NCBI RefSeq assembly: GCF_006345805.1
Contig: NC_042998.1
Span: 136,772,001 to 136,836,000 of the forward strand
Direction: 5' to 3'
From: Octopus sinensis
Lineage: Eukaryota
Length of the DNA stretch: 64,000 bases
How positions within the stretch are numbered: the stretch's first letter is position 1; each line of letters starts with the position of its first letter. The notes beneath the pieces are model-generated. The model was not told the DNA's origin, made no database searches, and saw only the letters and a list, made by a program, of their open reading frames with translations. The position numbers were made by a program, and so were the translations under genes. Shown here piece after piece: positions 14,385 through 27,399 of the stretch.

Positions 14385-14570
14385 AGGCTCAAGACCAGCA
14401 ATTTTGAGGGAGGGGCTTAGTCGATTATATCAACTCCAGCACTAGTCTGCCGCTTTATTTTAACGAATCTTGAGGGATGAAAGGCAAATGTAGCACTGGA
14501 GTGAGTTGAACTTAGAATGTAAAGCGCTGGAAGAAATATCGCAGGACAGTTTTTCTGCACATCCATCGCT
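14385..14570 (-). mobile_element. SINE family 1, degenerate
   Basis: AATTTTGAGGGAGGGG.TTAGTCGATTAT...GGATGAAAGGCAAA...GAACTTAGAATGTAAAG. Confidence 0.75.
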
Positions 14571-15489
14571 CATAACAGCGGATACTTTTCAGTTGTTCCA
14601 TTAATAAGATGCATTATTTATTTAACTGAATGTCGACATAAAGACTAGTGTATGTAACTTTGTTCCTCTCTCGTTTATCTATGATCATATATATATACTT
14701 TCAAAATAGCGATATAAACCGAGCTCAAACAACAAGCAGTATAGCTATTAGGCATATGGTATAATAATTTGCCTGTTTTTTTAAAGTAATTTATTTTACA
14801 ACTGGATATTGCCGATGGATATTGATAGCAACTTGATGGTGCTTAAATTAGACATCTACTTGGATTGGAGAAACATCTCTGCCAAGAACTAATTTATTTA
14901 ATTTAAATTCTACCGTTAGAGTAGATATTGCAATGGCAAATAAAACTCTGAAATAAATAACAAAAAAATATTAAAAGAGTAAATTTTTATGGCTATAAAG
15001 TATAAAAAAAGGAAAATATATGAAAAAATTTTTCAAAGAAATGATAGAAATGATTATACAAATAGCATTTTATTGACAAATTTCGATAAATTTTATTTCG
15101 AAATTTAATTAGTTATTTACTTTAAAATTGAATTTCATTAGATGCTGAAATATTGATAAATGACTTTGCGTTATTTAATGGCGACTCAGTAATGAAATAA
15201 GTGAGAATATTGCAGATAAAGAATGTTCGTTACTAAGTAACAGCTACCTGGTTAAAACGCTTTGCGACTTCAACATGCAATCTATATCTGTCCAAATAAC
15301 GTTTTAATGCGCTTGTATATGTGTCCACTTGTTAGGGAGTTTATAGGCATTGACTATATTCTTTTAACTTAATACATCTGATTGCTATCTAATAATTCAT
15401 GAGAATGTTTGTTTTAATAAACGTTTAAAGAATTGAATTTGATATGTTTTCAGTTGATAAGGAAGAGTGATCCATGTCAAAAGGACATA

Positions 15490-16300
15490 AATTTATTTTT
15501 TTCCAGGTTTCTATTCAACTTAGATCTTGTCTTAATGCCATGTCTCCTTTTCCATGTTTGCTCTTTTTAAATCTTTCCCTGTGAGGTTTTTAATCTTCCA
15601 GTGACTACTGCTCCTCCTGCATAGAGCAATAAGTTAGTGTCTCCAAATTTTTAGTATCTATCCTACTGATAACAGAATCTACTTTCCTAGTAATTTCTAG
15701 CAGCTTCCTTCTGATTGTGCCTTTTAATGCTGGCAATCGTTTTCTTACTTCTTAACTCATTACTTCCTGCAACTCATCTAAACTCTTCTGATCTTCCTCA
15801 ATGAAGTCACTTCAGTCACTGTTGGCAGTTTTCCCTTCCTTATTAGTTGCGCTATTATTATTTTTTCCTTTAGGTTCTATTTGGTTTGAGCTGTATCTCT
15901 TATGTTGTTTGCCTTTCCTACTGCTTGGTCTTTCTTTTCTAGTTCTCTTGTGATCTCTTCTAACTCCAATTCTATTATCCACTTTCCTCTCCTAATAGCA
16001 TTCGCTTGATCTAATAATTTCTGCTCAGTCATTTTAAACATATCCTTCTCTACCCAAAGTGTTAATATCCGTTTTCTATTGCCCCCTTCTTTTAGATTCG
16101 CTTTCCAAGTAGCACTGCATTGGTATACTGTTTTCTTCGCTGGTCTATTTCTTCCTTCTTACTCTATTATCTGCTGATGCTGTTTTAGGATAACAGCTGT
16201 GATCAGTCTGCATTTTTACTGAACCACTGCCGAGCAAGAGGCCTTCTGTTAAAAGTCAAATTTCATCTTCGCTGTTACAACCAAAGTTTCTTCGGAAACT
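15490..16300 (-). mobile_element. R4/Dong-clade LINE 5' (N-terminal) fragment
   Basis: Minus-strand translation GNRKRILTLWVEKDMFKMTEQKLLDQANAIRRGKWIIELEL, then RKRLPALKG..RRKLLEITRKVDSV and YAGGAVVTGRL, matching the conserved N-terminus of R4/Dong ORFs; stops and frameshifts. Confidence 0.75.
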
Positions 16301-17655
16301 CCTGTCTCCCATAAATTAATGTAAGGTAATGTCCATTACCAACGTCATTGCGACTATTATTTTTCAACATCTGACAGTTTCAAGTAACTTTTTATTGCAT
16401 CATTTATTGCACCTTTGTGCTGGTGGGATGTTGTGTGCTACATTCTTTTATTTTTGTGGGGGATATTGTATCAGTATGCTTATTATGCGGTTTGGTTTGA
16501 CTCTTCTGTTGTATTAGTTTCTGTATGGCGTGTTGTTTGTGCAGCGAAGACTGTTCTTCTGTCAGGTATCGGCCTTCTATGGTACGTGTGAACTTTGTTA
16601 ATTTTATTGGGTATTTACGGTATGAGTTTATTCCTTTATGTTTTGGGAGGAGTGTTGTAAATCATAAATAAACTATTTCATAGTATTTATAGTTACTTGT
16701 CCATTGTTCTTTCTTTTTTCGTTGGTTTCGTTATGGATTTGTTTTTACAGCGTTTACTTTTTTAACTGAACATGACCTATGGATATGTGCTGTTGTTTCG
16801 TAGTAATATGTTTAGCGGCATTTCGTAGTTATATGTTTAGTGGCATTTTCTCCGCCTCTTTACGTACTGAAATCAAATCTCACCGAAATAAACTTTGCCT
16901 TTCATCCTTTAGGGACTGATTAAATAAAGAACAATGAAGTATTGTGGTGGATGTAATCGGCTAATGCCTCCCTTTGCAATTGCTGGCCTTGTACCAGACT
17001 TTGAAACAATTATTATTCAGGCGGCATGCTGGCAGAATTTTTAACGCATCGGACAAAATGCTTAGCAGCGTTTCTGCCAACTCTTTATGTACTGAAATCA
17101 GATCCCGCCGAAATCAATTTTGGTTTTCATTCTACTGGAGTCAACAAGATTACATGCTAATTTCATGCCTTGTGCTTAAAGTAGTGAGTGTTTCTTTTAA
17201 AGATTTTAATATATTTTATAAATGCACAATCCTATTTTGAGTTGAAGACAGTTTCTTTCCAGTAAAAATGTCCAGATACTCTAAACAATTTAGTTTCGCT
17301 ACAGGACATTTTGTTTTGTCAGTGTAAGGTAATTTTTACTAAATAACGTCTATTATGAGATCATTATGTTCTCTCGATAATGAAAACAAATTAAAAACCT
17401 TTTCAGTTTTTCGATGAAGCCTGAAATAACAACTATATGCCTTGTTCATTAGCCACTATTTGTCAGTTATATAAATTGCTATTGTGATTGTTAGTAGAAT
17501 ATCTGCCACTGCAGTTGAACATTTGATAACACGCGAGAGACGAAAGAGAAAAAGAAAGTAAGAAAGAAACAAAGAGATTTTAAGAACGCGAGTGTCTCGC
17601 TGAAATTTTTGTGCTTTTTAAATGTGTTGTGTTTCTGTGTCAGTATACATACATT

Positions 17656-17697
<42 letters not shown>

Positions 17698-17986
17698 ACG
17701 CACGCATAGGTATATATGTATATGTAGGTAGATATATATGAGTATATTTGTGAACAAAGAAAGAGGAAGAAACTGAAAACTGTCCAGGAATGCACATCAT
17801 TCTAAACATTCGAGAACTTTCTCCACAGTCACTAAGAATGAATATACTTTATAGACGAACATGAAAGAAATGCAATTTTCCCAGCTAACTTTCTGTAAGA
17901 ATTTTCTATCTTTTATATCATTATATATATTAACATTAGTGAAACCCAAATAAATGCAGTTATGTACGTACACACACATACACATA

Positions 17987-18033
<47 letters not shown>

Positions 18034-20159
18034 CATACATACCTAAATACAGTATGTGCGTACACACACATATACTTATTCAAATAGCAACAAAAAACAA
18101 AACCTCTTATTCTAGCTGTTGAACTTCAAACAAAAGGAATTGATGATAACAACACGAAAAAATAGTTTAACCCCACAATATCATTTTTTAGACGTAATTA
18201 ACATTGACAATAGAGTTAATGAGCTCTGAAATGCAATCCTTCCAAAATGCAAATAAAAAGTGTTCAAATTTCCGCTTTTCCTTCAATTTCTTACATTACT
18301 TCTCTCTGTCGCTTGTCTTCTAGTTTTTTCTCGCTTTTTCTTACCATCTTCATTTCCGTGTACATCATTAACGTTTATAAATTAGAAGATATTTTTCTTC
18401 TGTTGACTAAATTAATTACACATTCCGAAGAGCATCAAGAATCGTTAACGAAGTTAGCGTTCACATAATTAAATCACTACACCAACAGATTTTGTCTTTC
18501 ACTCTTTTAGAATATCTTTTCATTTTTTTCTTCTCAGTTCTTAAACCAGGTAATTGGTGACCGAAATGATATTCTCAGAATAGTTATGAAACAATGGAAA
18601 ATTTATTTTAGTGTAACGAGATTTGCTTCCGACAAAATTTAAACAATAAGGTTATAGAGAAGGTGAAAAAACTGCAACAATACTGATGCAATTAAGGCGT
18701 CAGTCGATTTTAAATGTAATTTGAAGGCATAAGGCTTACTTTTAGAAATATTCCAGTTGAGAGAGGAAAAAATCTGCCAAGATTAATGTCTCCGTCTCTT
18801 CATTTAATTTTATAATATCTTTGTTGTCTCTATCAAACACTATTAATGTCACCAATTCTATGATGTTCGTAACAATATAACAATATAGAACTGAATTGTT
18901 AATTTTCTTTCATTTTCAATACACGCGAGAAAGAAATATAATAAATATAACCATTAGTGGCCAAAATGACAAGAGATCTTAAAATAATAAATTAATAATG
19001 ACTAAAAGTGTGAAAACTTCAGATAATTGCAATGCAAATTGTATTACAGGAGCGTAGTGTCTAATGATTGAATTCTTTGAATTCTCTTTTTCAACGGTTG
19101 TCTTAATTGTCCTGAACTAACTCACACGAACTATAATTATGTCCACCTTAAAAAAAAAAAAGATTAACATGATGTATCTGGCAAGTCACGTGCCTTGCTC
19201 ATGGACGCAACACGCTTCCTCCGGTTGGGTACCGACCGAAATCCAAGAGTGATGTACTTTAGTTATTCGGATATTGCTTTTTTGATAGGTATACTAACAC
19301 AGATTTTTAAGCAGAGAAATTATATTCAAGGACGCCACTGATACAGTTATAAGAAAGTATTGTCAATCGGGTATGTATTGAGTGTGACTTTAAACTGAAC
19401 TGTATCTAGTAGTAGGGCACTAGTTTGGAAGTACCAGGATTTTGAAGAGTGTAGAGCCACTTCTTAGCCATTGTTCCCAGGTCTACTCTGACTCAGGGTA
19501 GTAGCACTTATTAGGTCTCTAGGTATGAGTTAATTAACATGTCACAAAATTGACCGGAAGGTTACTCACAGCCATCACATTAGCCTCATGGCAGATGAAG
19601 CCTTTCAAGTCTTTAGTTACCCATCTAAGATAAGGTAGCTTTATACAACTCTTGCATCATGATAATTACTGGGCTTGTAGCACTTGTTACTGCAGACCAA
19701 TACAAGTATGAAGGATTAGGGAGAGAGAGAGAGAAAGAAAGAGAGAAAAAGAGAGAGAGAGAGAGAGAGAGGCTCAATATAAACTATACCCATTATAATA
19801 ATCTCCTGCTGTCTTGTGTTGTAGTTTATTGAGATTCTAAAAGAGAACTAAAGTAGTAACCCCCTACAGAAAATCCGCAGAGTGCGACCATAAAGTAGAT
19901 ATGTATGGTTATACTTAACCAAAATCTGGCGTCTCATGTCTGTCCACGGATGCTGCGAATCTACTGACTTATTTTTATTTCGTGGCGTAAAGAGGTGGTA
20001 AGTGTACATGAAGTTTGGCACTTGTTTCTGGAAATAGTCCAAGCACAGCAGACGAGTTTGTGTTATTCTATTCCCAATACTTAACGACTTAGCAACGAAA
20101 AAGGCCAGCCATTGCCAACCAATAATTGAACCCATCCTATAACTTGACTCATATGCACG

Positions 20160-20323
20160 TTATTTACATTATTTACATTTGACAGATATTTATCCTCATC
20201 TTGTTTGTTGCTAACACAACGTTTCGGCTGATATATCCTCCAGCCTTCACCAGGTGTCTTGGGGGAAATTTCGAATCTGGGTTCTCATTCCTAAGGTATT
20301 TTTCGATGTTATTATTATTATTA

Positions 20324-20393
<70 letters not shown>

Positions 20394-20482
20394 TTACTTC
20401 CTGGAATCGAACTCAGAATCTTGGGGTTAGTAGTCCGCGCTCCTAACCACTACGTCATATGCCCACGCTCAAATGGCGTAGT
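20160..20482 (-). mobile_element. tRNA-headed, (AAT)n-containing, hammerhead-bearing SINE-like element, copy 1
   Basis: Minus strand: GGGCATATGACGTAGTGG (A box)...GAGTTCGATTCC (B box), (AAT)n, hammerhead motif 20213-20258 (core CTGGTGA, A6->G), tail CAAATGTAAATAATGTAAATAA. Confidence 0.85.
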
Positions 20483-20519
20483 GACTCATATTTGTTTCAA
20501 TTTTTCTTAAATAGGATAA

Positions 20520-20735
20520 AGCGGCGACCTGGCAGGGTCGTTACTACGCCGGACAAAATGCTCGGCGGCATTTCCTCTACCTTTACGTTCTGAGTTAAAA
20601 TTTCGCCGAAGTCGACTTTGCTTTTCATCTTTTCGGGGTCGATAAAATAAGTACCATTTGATCAAAGAGGTTGATGTAATAGACATCGCTCTACTGCGAA
20701 ATTACTGGTCTTGTACCAAAATTCGAAACCAATAT
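20520..20735 (+). mobile_element. SINE family 1, near complete
   Basis: GGCGGCGACCTGGCAG...GTTCTGAGTTAAAATTTCGCCGAAGTCGACTTTGCTTTTCATCTTTTCGGGGTCGATAAAATAAGTACC. Confidence 0.88.
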
Positions 20736-21395
20736 TTATCAAATAGGCAGAGTGTAAAATTTAAAGGTGAATACCATCGTATGATCTTTATGCTCCTCTT
20801 AAGAGCAGTGCTGACGAAAACAAGGTGAAATGTTTTCAAAATGAGATCAAAATATGGTTGTAGTGTTAGTGTATTCAACAGTGTTCATATTTCCCTTTTG
20901 GCTAAATATTCCATTACATAGATTTTCAGTTGGGATGCTACAGGTTTAGATTCCACGTAATATCAGAATAATTTCTCACGATAATAACAATAGAATGCAG
21001 CAAATTTCCCTGGATGCTTTTCTTTATTTTGTTTTCTCTGACAGAATAATAATTACGTTTATATATTTCACAATTTCAATTTACTTGTAATTTATCTTAA
21101 AATAAAGAACATCAAAGTTAATATAATCAACTCGATGTTATGTACAGCAGTGAAGTTCAAAATTAATAGTCAATATGAAAGGCAAGGTTTGAGCAGAACA
21201 ATGCTACTAACGAGATTAAGTCTAAATAACGTGGAAAATGTAAGTGCGATGGTTCAAATATAGTAATATTAAAAAAACCTTTAAAATAATTTCCAGCGTT
21301 TAGCGCTTGGTCTAGTAACAAAATAATGTAAATGATGTAGATTACTATGTAGGGTAAGTGGCGAATGCACCATGAAAGCGAAAGGTGCAGACATA

Positions 21396-21760
21396 AGTGC
21401 AGGCATAGCTGTATGGTTAAAAAGCTCACTTTGCAACCACGTCCTTTCGGGTTCAGTTCCCCTGAGAGACACCTAGAGTAATTGTCTTCAAGCTCCGGTT
21501 CTACCAATGTGTTATGAGTGAATTTAGTAGACGAAAACTGTGTAAAGCCCATGTAAACGTACACACATATCTATGAGTATGTGTCATCCTCTCCATTCCA
21601 CTTAACAACCAATGTAGGTTTGTTAATGTCCTCATACATCAGCGGTTTGGCACAAGAAACCACTAGAATAAATACTGGGGTCGATTTGTTCAGCTAAAAC
21701 CCTTAAGCGAAACGCCCCAGCATGGGAACAGTTCAGTGATAGAAACCAGTAAAAGATAAA
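21396..21760 (+). mobile_element. tRNA-derived SINE family 2
   Basis: GCAGGCATAGCTGTATGGTTAA...GGGTTCAGTTCC...GGGGTCGATTTGTTCAGCTAAAACCC...CCAGCATGG; homologous to 60526-60880. Confidence 0.82.
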
Positions 21761-21866
21761 AGGTAGCTTTTTATACTGAATTATTCAAGAATATTCAAGT
21801 GAAATAATTGAGTTTAAACTGCATTATATATTAAATGCTTTTTTTCCTCATAAACACATTGTTGAT

Positions 21867-22018
21867 ATTATTTACATTATTTATATTTGACGGATATTTG
21901 TCCTCATCTTGTTTGTTGCTAACACAACGTTTCGGCTAATATATACTCCAGCCTTCATCAGATGTCTTGGGGAAATTTCGAACCTAGATTCTCATTCCTA
22001 AGGTATTTTTCGATGTTA

Positions 22019-22064
<46 letters not shown>

Positions 22065-22165
22065 GATGATGATGATGATGATGATGGTCACAGCCGAGCT
22101 TATAAATCTAATATTCTCCTATCTTGGGGTTAGTAGCCCGCGCTTTTAACCACTACGCCGTATGC
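21867..22165 (-). mobile_element. Hammerhead-bearing SINE-like element, copy 2
   Basis: Same architecture as copy 1; (TTA)n/(TGA)n tract 22021-22085; the B-box segment is replaced by a short piece also present at about 22196-22221. Confidence 0.85.
21921..21966 (-). ncRNA. Minimal type-I hammerhead ribozyme motif, core intact
   Basis: RNA: GACAU CUGAUGA A GGCUG gaguauauau UAGCC GAAA CG UU^GUGUU. Stem I GACAU/GUGUU, stem II GGCUG/UAGCC, palindromic ACGU stem III (dimer type), GUU cleavage triplet. Activity not shown. Confidence 0.7.
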
Positions 22166-22224
22166 CTGTGGGTAATTATGGAGTGAATTTTAGGGCTTAT
22201 AAATAAAATATTCTCCTATCCTTC

Positions 22225-22465
22225 CTCAATACCTATTTCTTTACTACTCACAAGAGGCCAAACACAGAGAGGACAAACAAGGACAGACACACGGATTAAG
22301 TTGATTATATCGACCCCAGTGCGTAACTGGTACTTATTTAATCGACCCCGAAAGGATGAAAGGCAAAGTCAACTTCGGCGGAATTTGAACTCAGAATGTA
22401 ACGGCAGACGAAATACGGCTACGCATTTTGCCCGGCGTGCTAACGTTTCTGCCAGCTCGCCGCCT
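22225..22465 (-). mobile_element. SINE family 1, long and well-preserved copy
   Basis: Reverse complement reads GGCGGCGAGCTGGCAGAAACGTTAGCACGCCGGGC...TTCTGAGTTCAAATTCCGCCGAAGTTGACTTTGCC...GTAAAGAAATAGGT. Confidence 0.9.
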
Positions 22466-22479
22466 TTAATACCGGTTCC

Positions 22480-22680
22480 GATATGCTGTTCATATTCGCA
22501 CTCGGTCTGTTAGGAGGTTGTTGTGTCCTAGCATAAGTGCTGCTTCTTTTAGTTTTCGTATTTTCCAGTGGTGTTCTCTGTCTATTATTTCAACTTCATC
22601 CAACAGGGGGAGGTGGTTTCCATTTTTCCATACATGATCAAATATATTCGATTTATCAATATCTCCCCGTGTCACAGCTT
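22480..22680 (-). mobile_element. Penelope-like element GIY-YIG endonuclease C-terminal fragment
   Basis: ORF 22490-22675: KSNIFDHVWKNGNHLPLLDEVEIIDREHHWKIRKLKEA resembles the S.IAEH.W...H...W.EV.I.D.E.....R..KEA end of PLE endonucleases. Confidence 0.7.
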
Positions 22681-22800
22681 TGCCTAGTTCCTCTACGTCT
22701 GCGTCTTGCGTTTCGTCAGCAACGAATAACAGATTGATCCTTCAGACTTATGCCCGCCATGAAATATTTCTTTTAGCTCATTCTTATTTGATTATATATA

Positions 22801-22839
<39 letters not shown>

Positions 22840-22876
22840 TATACACACACATACACAGAGTTATAAAGAGATATAT

Positions 22877-22914
<38 letters not shown>

Positions 22915-22995
22915 GATAGATAGATGATAGATAGATAGTTAGATGGATAGATAGATAAATAGATAGACAGGCAGAGAAACAGATAGATAGATAGT

Positions 22996-23068
<73 letters not shown>
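22877..23068. repeat. (GATA)n microsatellite
   Basis: Direct inspection. Confidence 0.95.
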
Positions 23069-23069
<1 letters not shown>

Positions 23070-24203
23070 TGCACGCGCACAATTTGCCAGTACGACTTTT
23101 CAAGTAATGAGAAGCAGCATTTGCGTATGAAATAACAAACCGGGTATGTTATTTATTCAATATTATTGATTTAGTTTCGTAACTGCTAATTTATGCCATC
23201 GGACGTTTTTACATTGCAGAAACTTCTATGTGTGTATAAATTTACAATCATCTGGCATAACTGATCGGAGGACTAAAGCATTGGCTCAGCTACACAGACA
23301 TGCGCTCATATAAAGCCAACTTCCGTTTTGAGCCTATTTTCTTTTACCAATCGTTTCGTTCCACCCTTTATATCACTCTCAAGCATGGTATCTCTTCTCT
23401 TGTATAGCTTTCTTTTCTCTTACATATTATATGATCGATCCACTTTAATACGACAGGTAATCAGAAAATATGCGCGACGACGTCTGTATGATAAGCCAAG
23501 TATGTTTCTGAAGAAGAAATGAAGGTACAGCAGAAATTAAAGTATTAGCTTAACGTTGAAAGGAAGACAAAAATAAACATTGTTTATTCTTTTACTTCCT
23601 TTCAATGCTAACTTCATATCATATTACACACTTTGTATTTCCATTGTACGTTTCTCTGTTCTGTTCCTAAGACGCGTCCTTGAAAGAAACTATCTCAGAT
23701 CATATGCTGAAGTAACTCACCTACCAGCGGTGCATACATATTAAGTTAGATACATAGATGGCTATTTTAATTGAATACTACTTCAGTTGCCTTTACAGGA
23801 TTTTTATTTAGTCACATGGCTATTTGCAACGCCAGTGAATATTCTATTCGCTGTTTCCTACATCATAGGCGACGAATACTCGCCCAAGCATGTAGCTGGC
23901 TGCAAGTACACTTCATTGAGAGGTCTTTATTAGAAATAAAGTCTAATAAAGTCTTTATTAGACTTTATTTCAGTCTAACAAAGACTGAAATGCATCTGAT
24001 ATTCTCGCTGGTCGCTGGTAGGGCATTAAAAAATGTTTATTCTATATTTATTGTGTCTTCAACATAGCATGTACATAAGATGTATTTTCTCAAAACGAAT
24101 ACCGCAGTAGCTGGCTTTTCACGTATTTATATGCATTAAGTATGATACATAGATTGTTATTTTAATTTAATGCTACCCTAAATGTGAATATATATAAATA
24201 TAT

Positions 24204-24240
<37 letters not shown>

Positions 24241-27200
24241 AATATAGGTAGATAAATAAACAGGATTGGCGTATAAATAAGAGAGACCACCCGAGAAATG
24301 GCTTGGTGCTTAAATATTTATTGTACTGGTTTGTGACTTAAAATTACAGTACTAAAAGTTTCCCAAACATAAAATCATATCTAGTCCTTCAGATATTGTC
24401 ACTCTAAGTGGTGAAGCAGCCAGGAATTCTAAAGAAGAGTGACTGCCATTGGAGGATGCATAAAGTTCGTGTTTATTATTTTATTCATTCACTTGAAGGA
24501 ATACAGCTTGGCGGCTTCTAAACTGGGTAGCGGCTGTTGATGCGTCATATAAGAGTAGTTTCCCTCTCTAAATTCCAGTCGAATTACAAGAAAGTTTCAA
24601 GAAAACTTAGAGAATGACATCAGCTGATGGTTTCAAATTAGCTCAGAGTTATCTCCGATCATGACTAGTATGAAATTTCAGATTTCTCATTAAGTGATGC
24701 AGCTAAATATTATTGTGTTGTTTCTTAAAGTGACAAGGACATAAAATAACGAAATGAATATGACAGGAAAGCTAAAATAGTTGAAATATAGTTGAACTGA
24801 AAATATCTAGAGAACATTTGAATGGAAAAGCTGAAGACAGAGTTAAGAGACTGAACAAAAAAAAAGACAAACAAATGCAGATTGCAACAACTAATGTAGA
24901 TTGATGAAACTGAATGCATTTGAGAAAATTCGAAACTAGAAAAGTCAGATTTATATATGAAATTTGCTTGGCAAACCTTGTAGACACGAATGAAAAGAAT
25001 GTTAGGCAGTAACATTATGCATAAATGTTGCACAAGCAGTCTCAACCAATTCCCCATACTCCATTCTGACACATCTATTATTATCACTAGAGCAAACAGT
25101 GGCTTAGTTGTACGCCAGACATTGAAATAAGTACAAATATTTAATTATCCAATTATTTGTATGATAAAAGTAGTTAATTTGTTTGATCAGCTTTATTGAT
25201 TTTTTTGGTGATTTCTCGATGGGATTTAATGAATTTCTTGCTTTTCCAAAATTATAGTTACAATAGATAAAATGGTGTCGGATTTATCTCTTGTAACAAT
25301 TCGTTTATTAAATCTTCCTTCCTTTAGAAATGTTTGGTAAAAATTTATAAACTGTTAATCCATTTGACCCTCTGCGACTCATATTTGAACAATTATGGTG
25401 TACGTACGGTTTAACTATTTCACTCAAACAATTCCTTATTGCTTTTGTTCTAACGATATACAGACCTCCGTTGATGATATTATCACTCTTTAGCTATACC
25501 TCTGCACGCCCTGATAATCCACTTGCAGCTAAACAATTCACGGTGGACTATTACTTATTCCTCATAAAGTGATTTTATAAACATTTTTTCATGGTGACAT
25601 CACACCTTAATCTCCTTTCTCCTTCAAGCGCATGAATACATAATCAAAACTCATGTCAAAGAAACATTCTTGCACATGAACAACACAATGAAAGCCACAA
25701 AAATCAGTACAACTACTGTACCTCACGATATATAACGATCTCTCATAGTGATATCACACATATATTACATTATTATATATATTTATAAACACCAAGACAT
25801 TTTCTCAGCATTGATCAATTATTTATCTTCAATCAAGCTTGAATGAAACTCACAGTAATGATTATATTGTGGAGCTATTTTACTGTTTCATACATGCAAA
25901 TATCCTACTACCAAAAAGCAGAGGCACATCTGCTTCATTAACAAATATTTACAGTGCGCTGTACAGTAATACTACCCATTATGTATACATAAATAGTACG
26001 TCCCCAATCTAACTGAGATGCCCTAAATTCACTTCCTCTCATCATTCATACATTGATCAGCTCCTTTATTGTTTTTACAGATTAAATTCCTCTAAAATGT
26101 TTTCTTTAAAAATTTTTCATACGGACATCAACGTACAGAATTTCAAATGAACATCAGCCGCATCGACCTGACTATCATAAAAATGCATGCAACGGTAAAG
26201 GGTTCCTGCAGTTCTTTAGTAACTGACAGTTGACTATAATCAAAACTTTCCACATAAGTTGGCTTTTCGGTAGATTAAATCTTATAATTTTCTTCCTTTT
26301 TAATATAGAGACAATCTTTTCTATCAAAAACTTTCTAAAGAAGGGAAGATATAGCAAAAGAAAATCTTGTAATTATACGTGGAGTAATGTTGTGATTATG
26401 TATTTTAAAAAAAGCAGTCAACCGATTTAAATGGAAGGTACTAAACGATTTGTTGACTTCTCTTTCTTGAGTGGTTTGTCCTAAAAATTTTGTTTGCATT
26501 GAATATTTTATTATTGATTTCATTTATTCTATAAAGTTGAAAAGAAAATCATGATTAACTTTTGGCAATTATCGATTTTATATTTTTACAAGACTGTTTT
26601 TGATTTAGAAGAATAGTCTAATAGAAGATTTGATATTTTCGTTGTGCATCAAACTGAACTGCAAAGGACCATTAGTTATCTGCTTTGTGATAATGTTAAA
26701 TGGTTGAACGGCTATCGTTAGAAATGCAATGTTAATTAGCAGCTCATGTGAACCGTTGATATATTAACATCAAATGCGTGAAGGATATTTAATCATTCGT
26801 ATTTATTCGCTCTCAGAAAGCTTCTTTCAGTATCTTCACTTTCAGCTCGATGTATATCTAAACAAAATCTCACTGACACACATACAAATAAAGAAATATA
26901 AAATACACACACACATACATTTACACACACTCACACGTATATAGACACCCATCCACTCACATATATACACATATATGCATATACAGACATACATAGTTTA
27001 TTTTATCTGAACTGTAACTTACGCCAATGACTAAACCAGGATCATTGTTACAAAATTAGAGTGGCTCAACTATATCTGGTTTAAATATATGTCTCTTTCT
27101 TAATACAAATTTTCACATTAATTTTTTACACGTGCTCGCACATACATATCCGTGCAAATGCCCATGTATGAAATATGTGTCTATATAAATCTATGCATAA

Positions 27201-27399
27201 TTATAAATGCATATATGTGTATATGCACAAATACATATAAATATATATGAATGTGTATGTATGTATTTATGCATTTATGTATGTATGCATGAATGTATGT
27301 ATGTATGCATATTCGTATGTATGTATAGTGAGGAATATTCGTTTCTGTGACTACTAAATTTATCAGGCCGTGTCAAAAAGTCAGTATTCTCTGAAACCA

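Noticed and set aside
22690-22735. Hammerhead-like CTGAAGG...GAAACGC on the minus strand beside the PLE fragment
   Set aside because: The core deviates, stem II does not pair and there is no UH triplet.
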